From Octopus bimaculoides (taxonomy: Eukaryota): a stretch of 64,000 nucleotides of DNA. Positions 25,985 through 38,559 of the stretch are shown here, in pieces. The notes beneath the pieces are model-generated. The model was not told the origin of the DNA and made no database searches. It saw nothing but the letters and a program-made list of their open reading frames with translations. The DNA is taken from positions 62,178,770 through 62,242,769 of the forward strand of contig NC_068987.1 of assembly GCF_001194135.2 (NCBI RefSeq), read 5' to 3'. A program made the position numbers and the translations under genes. Within the stretch, counting starts at the first letter, position 1, and the number at the start of each line of letters is the position of its first letter.

Positions 25985-26791
25985 TCATCATCGTAATTCC
26001 AGGAAACTATATTTCCTGGAATTACAGCTGTTTCTAATCCCAGTCTTATGCCAGAGTAACAGACCAACATCAGATAAAGTTATTCCAACCTAACAAAGAA
26101 TAAGAGTGCATCCCATTTGATAAGGATGTTGACTCCATCTTGGAAGCAACAGCCAAAGGTGATGTTGATTGTCACCTCTAGACAATGACTATCATTATCA
26201 TCAGTTTAGAAATGGAGAGGCTTGAGCTGGAGGAGAAAAATGCAGTGAAACAGAGCCAGTAAAATCCATTAGCTCAAGCTGAAGCTTAAGAAAGGACATT
26301 GGAGTCCGTCATGTGTGTATATGCCTTGTGTTTGTTCTCCCATTACTTGATACCAGGTGTCGGTTTGTTCACATCCCCATAATTTAGTGGTTTGGCAAAA
26401 AAGACCAAGAGAATGAGTAGCAAACTTAAGGAAAAAAAAAGTACTGGGGTTGATTAGTTCAGCTCTTCAAAGTCGTGCTGCAGTACAATGACAGACAAGT
26501 AAAAGAATATAACATTCTCTGGTACAATATAGCCTAAAGCATTAAATTTTACTTGTGCTTTCTTTTATCTGTTTATTAAACTCACAACATCATCTATGGA
26601 ATATAAACGTGAGATTTGAATAATAATGCCTATCATAAGATATTTCTTATATTTCAATTTTAGTTTTATAGTAATTTATTTTTTGGGAATTATGAATCAA
26701 AAACTAAATCAGTCGAAACAGAAAGTTAGCTTGTTTTCTATTTTGGTTGTTAATCTATATTGCCTTGCTTCTTGTGTATTTCTCTTTGCAG

Positions 26792-26857
26792 GAAATAAAT
26801 CACTCTCGAGAAAATATTAAATACAGTCCATTAAAGATGTGGTACATTGCTTGTATG
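26792..26857 (+). CDS. MRPL22: MRPL22 exon 4 (66 nt)
   Basis: Encodes EINHSRENIKYSPLKMWYIACM (L22 KYSxxKMWY motif); tttgcag acceptor, GTGAGT donor. Confidence 0.96.
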
Positions 26858-27631
26858 GTGAGTTATCTTATATTTGTTAAAAACTTTCTGAATGTTTTAT
26901 GTACTTAATTATTTCTTTTCTATGAACTAAGACTTGTTTGTCAATTCAAGGAGGCCAGTTTAGCTTGGAGATAAAATAGTTACTTGTCCACTTTCATTGT
27001 CACTTTTTGTTATACATCAATCTTCCAAACTGGCATGACAATTTAGATATATGTATATTATTGAACTAATATTAGATGCTTGTATGGCTGTGTGGTTAAC
27101 AAGTTTGTTTCTTAAAATGTGATTTTGGGTTCATTCCCACTGCATGGTATAGAGTAACTTAGTGGTTAGGGTGTCAAACTCATGATTGTAAGATTGTGGT
27201 TTTGATTCCTTAATTGAGTGATGTGTTGTGTTCTTGAGAAAAAAACACTTCATTTCATGTAGTTTCAGTCTACTTGGTTGCTGGCATCCAGTCCAGCTGA
27301 GGAATATATATGCCACAAAAACTGGGAAACTGGCCCTTTGAGCCTATATGCCTCAGGAAGGATCTTTATCCTATCCCACACATGTCTTCTAGGCTTTATC
27401 CTATCCCACACGTGTCTTCTAAGCTAACCAAAGCTTTGTGTGTAGATTTGGTTGATGAAAACTGGAAGCCATCTCACATTTGTGTTTACTATTCTCTAAC
27501 TGCTTTTTCTTTTACTCATGCACACATAGTGTGTTGGTTTGACCAATATTTGAATTAAAATAGCAATAAGATATGGCAAAGGATTATTTTATTCTGGGCA
27601 TATTTAATGCAGTGAGATTAAGAAGTTAATT

Positions 27632-28066
27632 GTTGTTGTTGGCACTCCGTTGCTTATGACGTCGAGGTTTCCAGTTGATCTGATCAACGGAACAGCCTGC
27701 TTGTGAAATTAACGTGCAAGTGGCTGAGCACTCCACAGACATGTGTACCCTTAATGTANNNNNNNNNNGGCTGAGCACTCCACAGACATGTGTACCCTTA
27801 ATGTAGTTCTCAGAGAGATTCAGCGTGACACAGTGTGACAAGGCTGACCCTTTGAATTGCTGGCACAACAGAAAACAGGAAGTAAGAGTGAGAGAAAATT
27901 GTGGTGAAAGAGTACAGCAGGGTTCGCCACTATCCCCTGCCGGAGCCTCGTGGAGCTTTAGGTGTTTTTGCTCAATAAACACTCACAACGCCTGGTCTGG
28001 GAATCGAAACCACGATCCTATGACCGCAAGTCCGCTGCCCTAACCACTGGGCCATTGCGCCTCCAC
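27632..28066 (-). mobile_element. Full-length SINE family C (OK-like) with 13-bp TSD in MRPL22 intron 4
   Basis: On -: GGCGCAATGGCCCAGTGGTTAGGGCAGCGG head, GTTTCGATTCC B box, (CAA)n tail. TSD TAAGAAGTTAATT at 27619-27631 and 28067-28079. Confidence 0.92.
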
Positions 28067-30609
28067 TAAGAAGTTAATTAGAAAGGCAATAATAGTCATC
28101 TTTATATTTCGGTAAGTCCACTCTACTGAGTGGTTGTTAGGAAGGGTATCCAGCTATAAAGACCATGCCAAAACAGACACAGAAGTCTGGTGCAGTCTCT
28201 TACCTGGTTAGCTCCTGGCAAACCGTCCAACCCATGCCAACATGGAAGGTGGATGTGAAATGATGATGAGTACAATGACAATCATGGTTCACTGATGAGG
28301 CCTTATAAGATATACGTCGAGAGTTATCTCCCATATTTTGCAGAACAATTAAAACTAGTGGAACTTGTGGAGATAACAGGTAAAACTTTAAGATATATTG
28401 GAAGTTTATAGAGAACCACGGAGTACATGAAATGAAATAATATTTTATTCGAAACATTTGATTTATTAGATAGAGTTAAAGTTCATAAAAACATTATTAA
28501 ATGTGCAATTTTAAGAGACATCCCTGAAAGCTATATAGTCCTTGTTCTTTTATACTTCTCATCTTTCCTACTTTGAGAGTTGTTATCTATTATCTTTCAT
28601 GTTATGTCAAGAAGTTAACGATTTTAGGTATAGAATGGAATTGAAGAAATGATCTAGGCATAATTATTATTCTGCTGTTTTACAACTGTCATAATAAAGT
28701 GTTTAACAAATCATTACAAGCTGTATTCCATTCTTATTTTCATATCAAAGAAAAGGTCATGTAGCTATACTTGAACCCACAGTCTCAATGAACATGGCTG
28801 TGGATTCTGAAATATTATTATAAATGCAACCATGCCTACATTTATAATAATAAGGGGGAAAAATCCCTGTAACTCTTATCTGTTCCATGCCCACTTTAAA
28901 AAATAATGCAAATGATGTATACATATATATCATCATTATCATTATTTAGTATCCATTTTCCATGCTGGCATGGGTTAGACGGTTTGACTGGAACTGGTAA
29001 ACTAGAGAGCTGCCTCAGACTCCATTCTGTTTTGGCATGGTCTCTACAGCTGGATGCCCTTCCTAAACCACTCCACTGAGTGTAGTAGGTGCCTTTTACG
29101 TGTTACTGACATGGGTACCTTTTATGTGTCACCAGCACAGGTGCCTTTTACGTGTCACTGGCACTGGCCACAACTATGATTTCACTTGACATGTCTTCTC
29201 TAGCATAGCAAATCACCAGATGTCTTGGTCACTTATTGCCTCCGTGAGACTCAACTTCTGAAGATCATATTTCACAACCTTGTCCCATGTCTTTGTATAT
29301 ATTTGGAAAGTGTTGTTGTATGAGTGCATTTTGCGATAGAATAAGAATTTCTATGTGAACAGATTAGTTTTTTTTTAATCTTTGAATGGTCTAATGTGAA
29401 ATTTAATGTTGTGTGCTAGAATATTGCTCTTCTACACCACATTCCATTCCTGCTTTTTCATGTCCCATTCAGAAGACAAATTAAGGTATCTTGCCAATTA
29501 CTGTTAGTTTTGTCCCTGCTACATTGTTTGATGGAGTTGTTGTTGCTGTCATTGTTCTTCTTGTTATTATTATGTTTTGGACAGGCTATGGTTAACCATC
29601 TACAGAACTGAGATGAGTATTTATAGATTAACTGAATGGTTTGAACAAGGGTCAAGCTTAATGTGAATTATTGCAAGATGAAAAGCAAATACAAGGAGTT
29701 CTAATGAAAAAAGGATTAGGAAAGTGTCTAATACAAGGAAGCTAAACATAATCAGCTGTATCAAATGAAAGTAGGATACAATTAAAAAGATCTAAGTTTA
29801 TAGTGTAACTTCCAATACAAAGTTCTAAACAACCACAATGTTGAAACGTACATAGGAACAAATGATATAAATCTCTGTGTACCATAATTTCTCCTACATT
29901 TGCTGTGTATATCATAACTAGTAATACTAAGTGTAGTAGTTGCTCAACTATTATACTGGAAGCAAACTGGACAATGATAATCTACATGGAGCTCTAAACT
30001 TAACAACAGCAATCATATATCTGTTTGTACACACAATATATATGCACTTTATTTGTGGGTTAACAAGGCTACTGATGATTTTATGTAAGGAGATTTTCAC
30101 AATTGTTTAAGTGTGCTACATAAAAGTGTTGAGATGACTACCAACACTTTCATGCTGCATGCTTGAACAATTGTGAAGGTCACTTTACATGAAACCAATG
30201 GTAGTCTTGTACACCCACAAATATTTATCCTCCAGTGTGGTATTGAGCACTCATTCTCACTGTTTGATATTTGTGTGTGTGTATCTGTGTGTACACCTAT
30301 ACATACATATATATATGAAACGGAAATAAAATATTGAAAATGATACACTAAAGAAAATATACATAAAAAATTTAGAAAGAAAAGATAAATTTAGAAAAAA
30401 TATGTATTGAGAATGTAAAAACATAGATAAAAATCAAAAGAAAATTTTAAATTTGAAAGTTAACCCTCAAATAAAGTGCATGTATATTGTGCATATATAT
30501 CATGGACAAGTGAATTATTTTAATACAGAGATACATTAGACATGGTCTAAAATTGTGTATTTCTCACTGTATAATTATTGCTGATAATTTATTCTATTTT
30601 ACTTGTTAG

Positions 30610-30687
30610 ATCCGAGGAATGTCCATCGATGAAGCCCTGAAACAGTTGTCATTTTATAAGAGAAAAGGCTCTGCTGTTGTGAAAGAG
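30610..30687 (+). CDS. MRPL22: MRPL22 exon 5 (78 nt)
   Basis: Encodes IRGMSIDEALKQLSFYKRKGSAVVKE; canonical splice sites. Confidence 0.97.
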
Positions 30688-31479
30688 GTAAGTTTCTATG
30701 CTTTCTCAAACTTGTCACTCACGTCTCTTTTCAGTGTGTGTTTTGGCAGTAATTATATGTTGAACATCTAATGAAAGACATATGCTATCACTAATTCTTA
30801 TGTAGCCAGTACCTCTCTTTGTTCCTGCTTAACAGGTATTATTCACATGTATCTAGATAAAATGTGGATAATGATTTCACTGTTTCCATGAACAATGGTC
30901 TCAAAGCCCTCTATCAGTGGTGGTGGTGGTGGGGGCTAATGACCAAGTCTCTTTCACCCACACAAAGATATAATTAAAGAAACAGTCTTACATCACATTC
31001 TCTCTCAGCAAGCTACTGTTAAATCTCTCAGAATAAAGTGTAACATCATTATCATCATCATCGTTTAACTTTTGCTTTCTATTCTGGCATGGGTTGGACA
31101 GTTTGACTGAGGACTGGTGAGCCAGAGGCTGCACCAAGCTCAATCTGGTCTGGCAAAGTTTCTACAGCTGGATGCCCTTCCTAATGTAACCACTCCAAGA
31201 GTGTAGTGGGTGCTTTTTACATGCCATTGGCACGAGGGCTAGTCAGGCGGTTCTGGCAATGACCACGCTCATGCTCAAAAGGTGTTTTTACATGCTACCT
31301 GCATGGGAGCCAGTCTGGTGGCACTGGCAATGATCACGCTTGAAAGTTGTTTTTCACATGCCACCGGCACATGTGCCGGTAAGGCGACACTGGCTACGAT
31401 CATGTTCGAATGGTGCTTTTCATGTGTCACTGGCATGGGAGCCAATCTGTGGCCCTAGCAACGGTCATGCTCGGATGTA

Positions 31480-32600
31480 GAGGGTGTGAAGCTAGATAAG
31501 GTCTTGTCAAGGTGTTCCAGTGACCTCCTTAAAATACCATCCCTTCTTGTGTGGGACCAGTTTTGTGCCCACAAAACAATTGAAGATGAAAATGACAGTG
31601 ATCCCTGGTGGTTTAACAAGCCAATTATTAGATCGTCAAGTATGAAATTTGTAGAAAAGGAAAAAAGTTTGCTAATGTTTTATAAATACAAGGAATAGTT
31701 TTATTTATCAAAGTATGCACCCCTATTGTCAGTACACTTTTGCCATTTCAGCGGTAGCTTGTCCAGCCAGGAACTGTAAAAGCCTGGCAATCTAGAGTCA
31801 ACACTAAACAACAACGAAAATTCATGGGCACTTTGAGATGGATCTGGATGGTGGTGGCTTTCAGTTCGTCATTATCCACCCTTTGTCTCTGGTTGACTGC
31901 GTTTCTCATTTGTGAGGTCAAAGTTACCAGAATGAAATTTTGCAAACCAATTTGATACTGTCTGCTGTGTAATAACATTAGAATGAAATATTCCATTAAT
32001 ATTCCGAGCTGTTTGTGATGCCGTGTTTCCAAGAAAGAACTCCTATTTCAAAACTATGAATTTCTGACTTATCTATCTCTTAACAAAAAAATAGCAAAAA
32101 ACAATTTATAAATACTTAAAGTGCAGAATGAGTTAGAAAAAAGAAATAGGTATGTCAGATGTCTAACAAAAAATAAAGATTGTCAAAATATAATAATGGC
32201 GCAAAATGAGCAGCTGTCAAAGTTTACCATATACCTTACTACAAATTTCATACTTGACAACCTAATACAACCACATATTAATCAACAGGCTTTTAAGGCA
32301 CTTATGAAAGAAGGGTGGACTCAGTGGATGAGAGCCAAGGACCATGACCTATCACCAGAAGCTCATTTGAAAAAGCCAACAATTGCTCAGCTGTGTGATT
32401 GGGTCCTGAAATCATGGAACGCTGTGAAAATTGAAGTAGCAGTAAAACCTTTGAAAAATGTGGCATCAGTAATGCATTAGATGGTACAGAAAATGTCATT
32501 TTGTTTGAAAATAGTGACACTTTATACAGTATTGACGACCCTGATGATTTTTCTGGTTTTGAAGCTATGGATGACTGCAGCCAGATTTCAGGATTTGAAG
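31480..32600 (+). mobile_element. pogo-family DDE transposase remnant split by an insertion
   Basis: PSLLVWDQFCAHK...IPGGLTSQL at 31480-31655, resuming as AFKALMKEGWTQWM...KKPTIAQLCDWVLKSWNAV...KCGISNALDGTEN at 32285-32600. Confidence 0.8.
31660..32060 (-). mobile_element. Internally deleted mariner inserted into the pogo remnant
   Basis: The - strand encodes TASQTARNINGIFH...TVSNWFAKFHSGNFDLTNE...VDNDELKA, a mariner N-terminal HTH region. Confidence 0.7.
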
Positions 32601-33335
32601 GGTGAAATATTTCCCTTATACTTGTCATCGTCATCATCATCGTTGTTTAACTTCCGCTTTCCATGCTAGCATGCGTTGGACGATTTGACTGAGGATTGGT
32701 AGACCAGGAGGTGACACCAGGCTCCAATCTGAATTGGCAGAGTTTCTACAGCTGGATGCCCTTCCTAACGCCAACCACTCCGAGAGTGTAGTGGGTGTAA
32801 TATTTATAAGTTCATAAGTTTGTCCTATACATCCATGAATGTTTTCATGCTTTTAGTAGCCCTTGTTTCATACATTCTGAATAATATAAAGCTTTCCTTT
32901 CATAACTCCTAAGCTACTCTGGTGGTTGAAAAAAATTGGTTATGTGTAGTATAAATGATGCATGAATGTTAGGGAGATATGTCCTGTGTATCACATTTTA
33001 TACACAGGACATGCAAAGGGTTAACTAGTCCTTAAATACCCATTAATATATATTTGCTTCTTTTAACATTTCATGTATGAGTTTCTTTTCTGGAGATGGT
33101 TCCAGAAATTTGATAACTGTATAGCCTTTGTAGATAGCCATGAAAATAAGCCACTGAACAAAAGAAATAGGGAAGAGCTCTGCATTTTGCTTAAGGACAT
33201 TATTCAGTGACATTAATTGTTTCAAATCCTTTTTGTATCAGTATTCAATTACTTCAGCTATCCAGTTATGAAAGTCTTGTTTAAGAATGGATGTTATGGT
33301 ATTTATTTGCATTTATTTTTTTTTATTCTCTGCAG

Positions 33336-33405
33336 GTTCTTTTAGAAGCTCAGGAAATGGCCATCCTTCAGCATGGAGTTGAATTCAAATCTAATTTATG
33401 GATAG
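33336..33405 (+). CDS. MRPL22: MRPL22 exon 6 (70 nt)
   Basis: Encodes VLLEAQEMAILQHGVEFKSNLWI; canonical splice sites. Confidence 0.97.
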
Positions 33406-36398
33406 GTGAGAGCGATTGTTTATCAACAATTTAATTTTTTTCTTCTTTACACCATTTTCTGCGCCAACAGTGTTTGAATAAAATAACTAAAGTCTGTGCT
33501 TATTCTAGAAACAACCTATCTAGTATTTATATCTTGGGTGAGAGTGTTAATTTTTGTTAATCTTTTTTTAAGTTGATTTGAATCCAACGATAATACTGTT
33601 TCAACTTGTTCGTCTTCAGGATACATACACAGTTTCAGTTGGGTCAATATACTGTACTTTTGTATATATTAAATGTCTAAATAATAAAAAAAAAAAAAAA
33701 AATTACTAGTAGGCATTCATTTAATCTTAGTATGAGACTTTATAAATGATATAATGAATTTATTGATCTCTTTTTACCTTTTATCATTATGCCTGCTTCC
33801 ATTTATATTTTAGAAACATCAGTGACAGCAAAATAGATAATTATATATTTAGGTCATTAAATAAAAATGGTGTTTATTTGGTTTTATAAAATTTATTAAC
33901 AAGCTATTATAATTGAACTTTCACTTGTAGTGGGAATTAAAATTCAACTGGTAAAAGTGATATTTGTTATTCAGATTATTGATATCACCTTATACACGAT
34001 ACTTATTTATCAGGTAACATATTGCCATCAAGAAATAATTAGTTAATTAATTGTAAGAGAATTCTGTTGCTTGTTCTGGAAATTCAGACATCCTAGATAA
34101 ATAAGTGTAGCTAAACTTTAAGAAGTACAAGTGAGATTTTTTCAGAAGTTGATTAAGGGCTAGACATGATGCCTAAAGATGAAGGCAGTTTTCTATAATG
34201 CTGTATCAGAGACTAGGTTTTGAGCCCTCCCCACCACTACTAAAAGAATGTACAGTAATGCTTTGAGTTAATTTGTTCCTGGAGACTGCTCATAAGGTGG
34301 GAACTCATAAAGCAGACCAATAATTTCCCATGGTAGCAATGTTATAAATTGTAATTCATTTCCAGAAAATATCTTACTTATAAAATTTATAATACTTGTA
34401 AATAAATGGCAATAAAACAATAGTAGAATGGAATGAATATTTTATGTAAAGTAAAAAGAATGTCAAGATCACTCATAATTAAAAATATTATTATTATAAT
34501 CATTTTCACTCACACTAGACTTGTATTTATTTTATCAACCCTGAAAAAAAAAAAATCAACCATGGCAGTATTTGATCTCAGAATGTAATGATGCACGAAA
34601 TGCCACTAAGCATTTTGCCTGGCATACTAATAATTTTGCCAGCTTGCCACATTGATGACGATGATCATAATGATGATGATTTCAAATTTTGGCACCAGAC
34701 TAGCAATTTTGGGGAAGGTGTAAGTTGATTGCATTGACCACAGTACTCAACTGATACTTATTTTATTGACCCCCAAAAGGATGAAAGGCAAAGTTGATTT
34801 TAGTGGAATTTGTACTCAGAATGTGAAGATAGATAAAATGCCACTAAGCATTTCACCTGACATGCTAACAATTCTTCCAGCTCGCTTCCTTAACAATAAT
34901 AATAATCATCATCATCATCACCACCACCACCACTGCTGCTGCTGCCACCACCACCAGCACCAATATAGGTGCAGTATGGTCAAAAAGCTCATGTTGCTAG
35001 GCTTTGGCTCCATTGCACAGCATGTTGGGCAAGTTTCTTTGATTACAGCCTCAGATAATCAGTGTCTTTTGAGCGAATTTGGTAGAAGGAAACAATTTGG
35101 AAGTCCATCATATATATGTGTGTGTGTGTGTGTGTTTGTCTCTGCCACTGCTTTACAACTGGTGCTGGTTTGTTTACATTCCTGTAATTTAGTGGTTCAG
35201 CAATGGAGACCAATAGAATAAGTATTTGACTTAAAAGTAAGTACTAGGGTTAGTTTCTTCAGCTGAACCTTTTAAGGTGGTTCCCCAGTATGGCTTCTGT
35301 TCAATGACTGAAAAAAGTAAACAATAAAAGAATATGCTTAAGAAAAAACAAAAACAAATTAACTCGCAAAGCAACATTCCTTGTAACATGATTTGAACTT
35401 GTAGTAAAGGACCCTATGATAGAGCACTTTAACCACTCTACCACCGTGTCTCTATTTTATGCAATGGGGCAAGTGTTTGTCACCTGTAACAGTAGTTGGC
35501 ATTTATACAAGTTATCAACAAAAACTGCTTTACATCATTATCTTTCTCAATACCTATTCAATAGTCTATTACTGCCTGGCGTTGATAATAGCATCCTTTT
35601 ATAATGACACTTGGATTACTGGAATTAGTAGCATAGCAGATTAGCATTTAGCTTTATTTAATTGATTGAATGATTATTGTTGTTGTGAGCTGGCTTGTGC
35701 TTAAAATATATTTACATTGGACATGTTTGTGTGTGTATATGCGTGGCAAGTGAGAGGGAAACAGAGAGAGAGAGACACTCACACACACAATTTGCGTTTG
35801 AATGTTATTGAGATGGATGCAAAATATCAACAACTTACAGAGTGGTTTGGGATTAACAGAAAATATACATTGGGAAATTTCAATTTATTTTTTCAACTTT
35901 TACTTGTTTCAGTCATTAGACTGTGACCATGCTGGTATCTTTGCTTTGATAATACATGGTAGTTACAAATGAGTGTCTCTTTCATTTAAACAGTGTTATT
36001 CATTTCTGCATAAACATGTTTGGCTATGGGGATATATTACCTTGCTTGGAAACAGATGGTGATTGGAAGGGCATCCAGCTATAGAAAGTCTGTCTCAATA
36101 AACTCTGTCCAATCCATGTAAGCATGGAAAAGTGAATGTTACAATGATATTGACTGTGCAGGGTAAATAATTCATTTATAATAACAGCAAAAAAAAATAT
36201 ATTATACTTATGCAGGTTGAAATTAAACCAATATTCTTAGTTTCAAATGAAATTTCACTGAGGAACCTATGTAAACATTTGACCATCTGTATAAAGATTT
36301 TATGCAAAGCATTTTACTTAGAATGTTCTGTAAATATGTATGGCTTCATAAAATGTGTTAACAGTTCTTATGTAGTTTTCTCCTTTTTTCAATTTCAG

Positions 36399-36616
36399 CT
36401 GACGCCCTAGCTACAAAAGGTGTAGTTGTGAAAGGTTTGCGGAAACACAGAGGCCCCCGATATGGTGTAGTACATTACAAATATTGCAATATTTACATAC
36501 GCTTAAGGGAAGGCTCACCACCAAAACACTACTACCCGGTAGAGGAAACAGGATACGAGAAACTACAAAATTACCTGACTGAACAGAGAAAACGCAAAAT
36601 CATATTTTCTCTTTAA
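36399..36616 (+). CDS. MRPL22: MRPL22 exon 7, terminal coding part (218 nt)
   Basis: Encodes (A)DALATKGVVVKGLRKHRGPRYGVVHYKYCNIYIRLREGSPP...RKRKIIFSL*. Total CDS is 660 nt (219 aa). Confidence 0.96.
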
Positions 36617-38559
36617 ATATTTAAAATAGTAGCTATCAAATTATTTTCAACCAAAATATGGACACATTTTTTTGAATTGTATTTGTTTCACTGCCTAAAT
36701 ATAACTATATTAATGAAATTATTATTTGTTGATGATAGTTTTTTTTTTACCTTTTTATGGGAAGTATGTTGATTGAGATGATTTTACAATCATTTATGCG
36801 AGTTCCATTTGGTTTCGACATTGAAATATTATGTATTAACCCATTAGCTTTTAAATTGACCATATCTGACCCAAATATTCTACATGCTTTATGTTCAAGC
36901 AGGAGAGATCTGCTTTCTCACACCTACCCTACAATGACATTCTGAAAACTAAATAATCACATCATCAAAATCTGAAAGCTACAAGATAATATATAATTAA
37001 TTTAAAACAATGTGAATATAAAAAGCATTACATTTGATAAAGTAATCTGAATGGTAAAGGGTTAAATACACACTATGGAGTGGTTGGTGTTAGGAAGGGC
37101 ATCCAGCCATAGAAACCATGCCGGGAACAGACAATGGAGCCTGGTGCATTCCCCCAGCTCCGGTCAAACTGTCCAACTCATGCCAGTATGGAAAACAGAT
37201 GGATGATGATAATGACAACAGTATTCGTAGGATTATGTACTGGAATGAAGTATTTGCTTCTATTTTACTTTTTCTATTCTGTTGCCAGTTGATGATGGCA
37301 GGTAACACCTTTCAATTAACTCACCTTGAAATTGAGACAACAGAGGCAATTGGCATTGGCAAATTATAACTAGGAGCAAAACATAAACGAATCTTTTAGC
37401 TAACATTTCAACATAAAATCCTATTAATATTTAGGCCTTAAATATCAAAATTTACCAAAATGCTAAATTTACCCTTAGCATTTCAATCGGCTGTATCAGG
37501 CCGAAATATTCTTTCAGTTTTATGTTTACACTAACCAGATCTGGCTTCTTACACCTACCCTACAATGTCATTTCTAAAGTAAAAAATCATTGAAATCTCA
37601 AAGCTACAAGACAATGTCTAAGTAATTTAAAATAATGTAAATATATAAGCATTATGTTTGATAGAGTAAACTGAATACTAAAAGGGTTAAAACAATCCAA
37701 AATTGAGAAGAATTTTTAGAAAACCAAAAGATAATTATTTTGTTTTGTATTGGTTTGCAAGATTCTTGATGTGAAATTGTGTGTTGAAACTGATTTTGCT
37801 GTATCTTGAGAGGGTCATTTCCTTTTATTATTAGTCAATTAGTTAACCATTTAGTCAATTAATTAATTGATTGTTTGATTAGTCAATCAGTCAGCCAGGC
37901 TCATCAGAGTCCTTTTGTTACTATCCATGACCACACACATGTTATATATTTCATTTTTCAATGCTGAAGTTTCACTCTGACACTAATCAGTTGCTGCCTT
38001 GAGAAATGTGGTAGCAACTGGAAACTAAGAGAAAAAAACAGAATGAGGTCTCCGCTTCAAATAAATGAATTTAACTCTCCGACAGAAATTGAGTACATTA
38101 TTCCTTTATTTGTGTATTCAATTATATGTGAAAAACTATAACATTGCAAATAGATATGTAGTTTACATAAGTCCTTTAAAATTTTGAAACAATAATTGAA
38201 TAATTAAAACAATCATTTTGAAAAACAAGTGAAGAAAATCATGCTCTTTGAATTTCTGATAAATTATTTATTCAATAATCCAAGTTGTAGGAAGTTGAAA
38301 AATAAATAAATAAATAAATAGATAAAAAACAAACAACAAATAATGAATTAATATTAAAACATATTACATTACAAAATAATAGTATGAATAATTTATTGTT
38401 TTTCCTTTAATACAGATTTGGCACTATTATAATTTTAAAAATAATTACAATACACACACACACACACATTCACATGTACGCACTCTCACATGCTGTGGAT
38501 GTTCAGATAGGCACTGTGCACTTTTATAATCAAAGTTTATTTATATGTCAGATTCTGCG

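Noticed and set aside
27722-27805. 37-bp direct repeat inside the SINE
   Set aside because: The copies flank a 10-N gap exactly; an unmerged contig-overlap artefact.
28293-28325. CTGATGAG hammerhead-like cores here and at about 51778
   Set aside because: No intact GAAA, stem III or stem I could be built.
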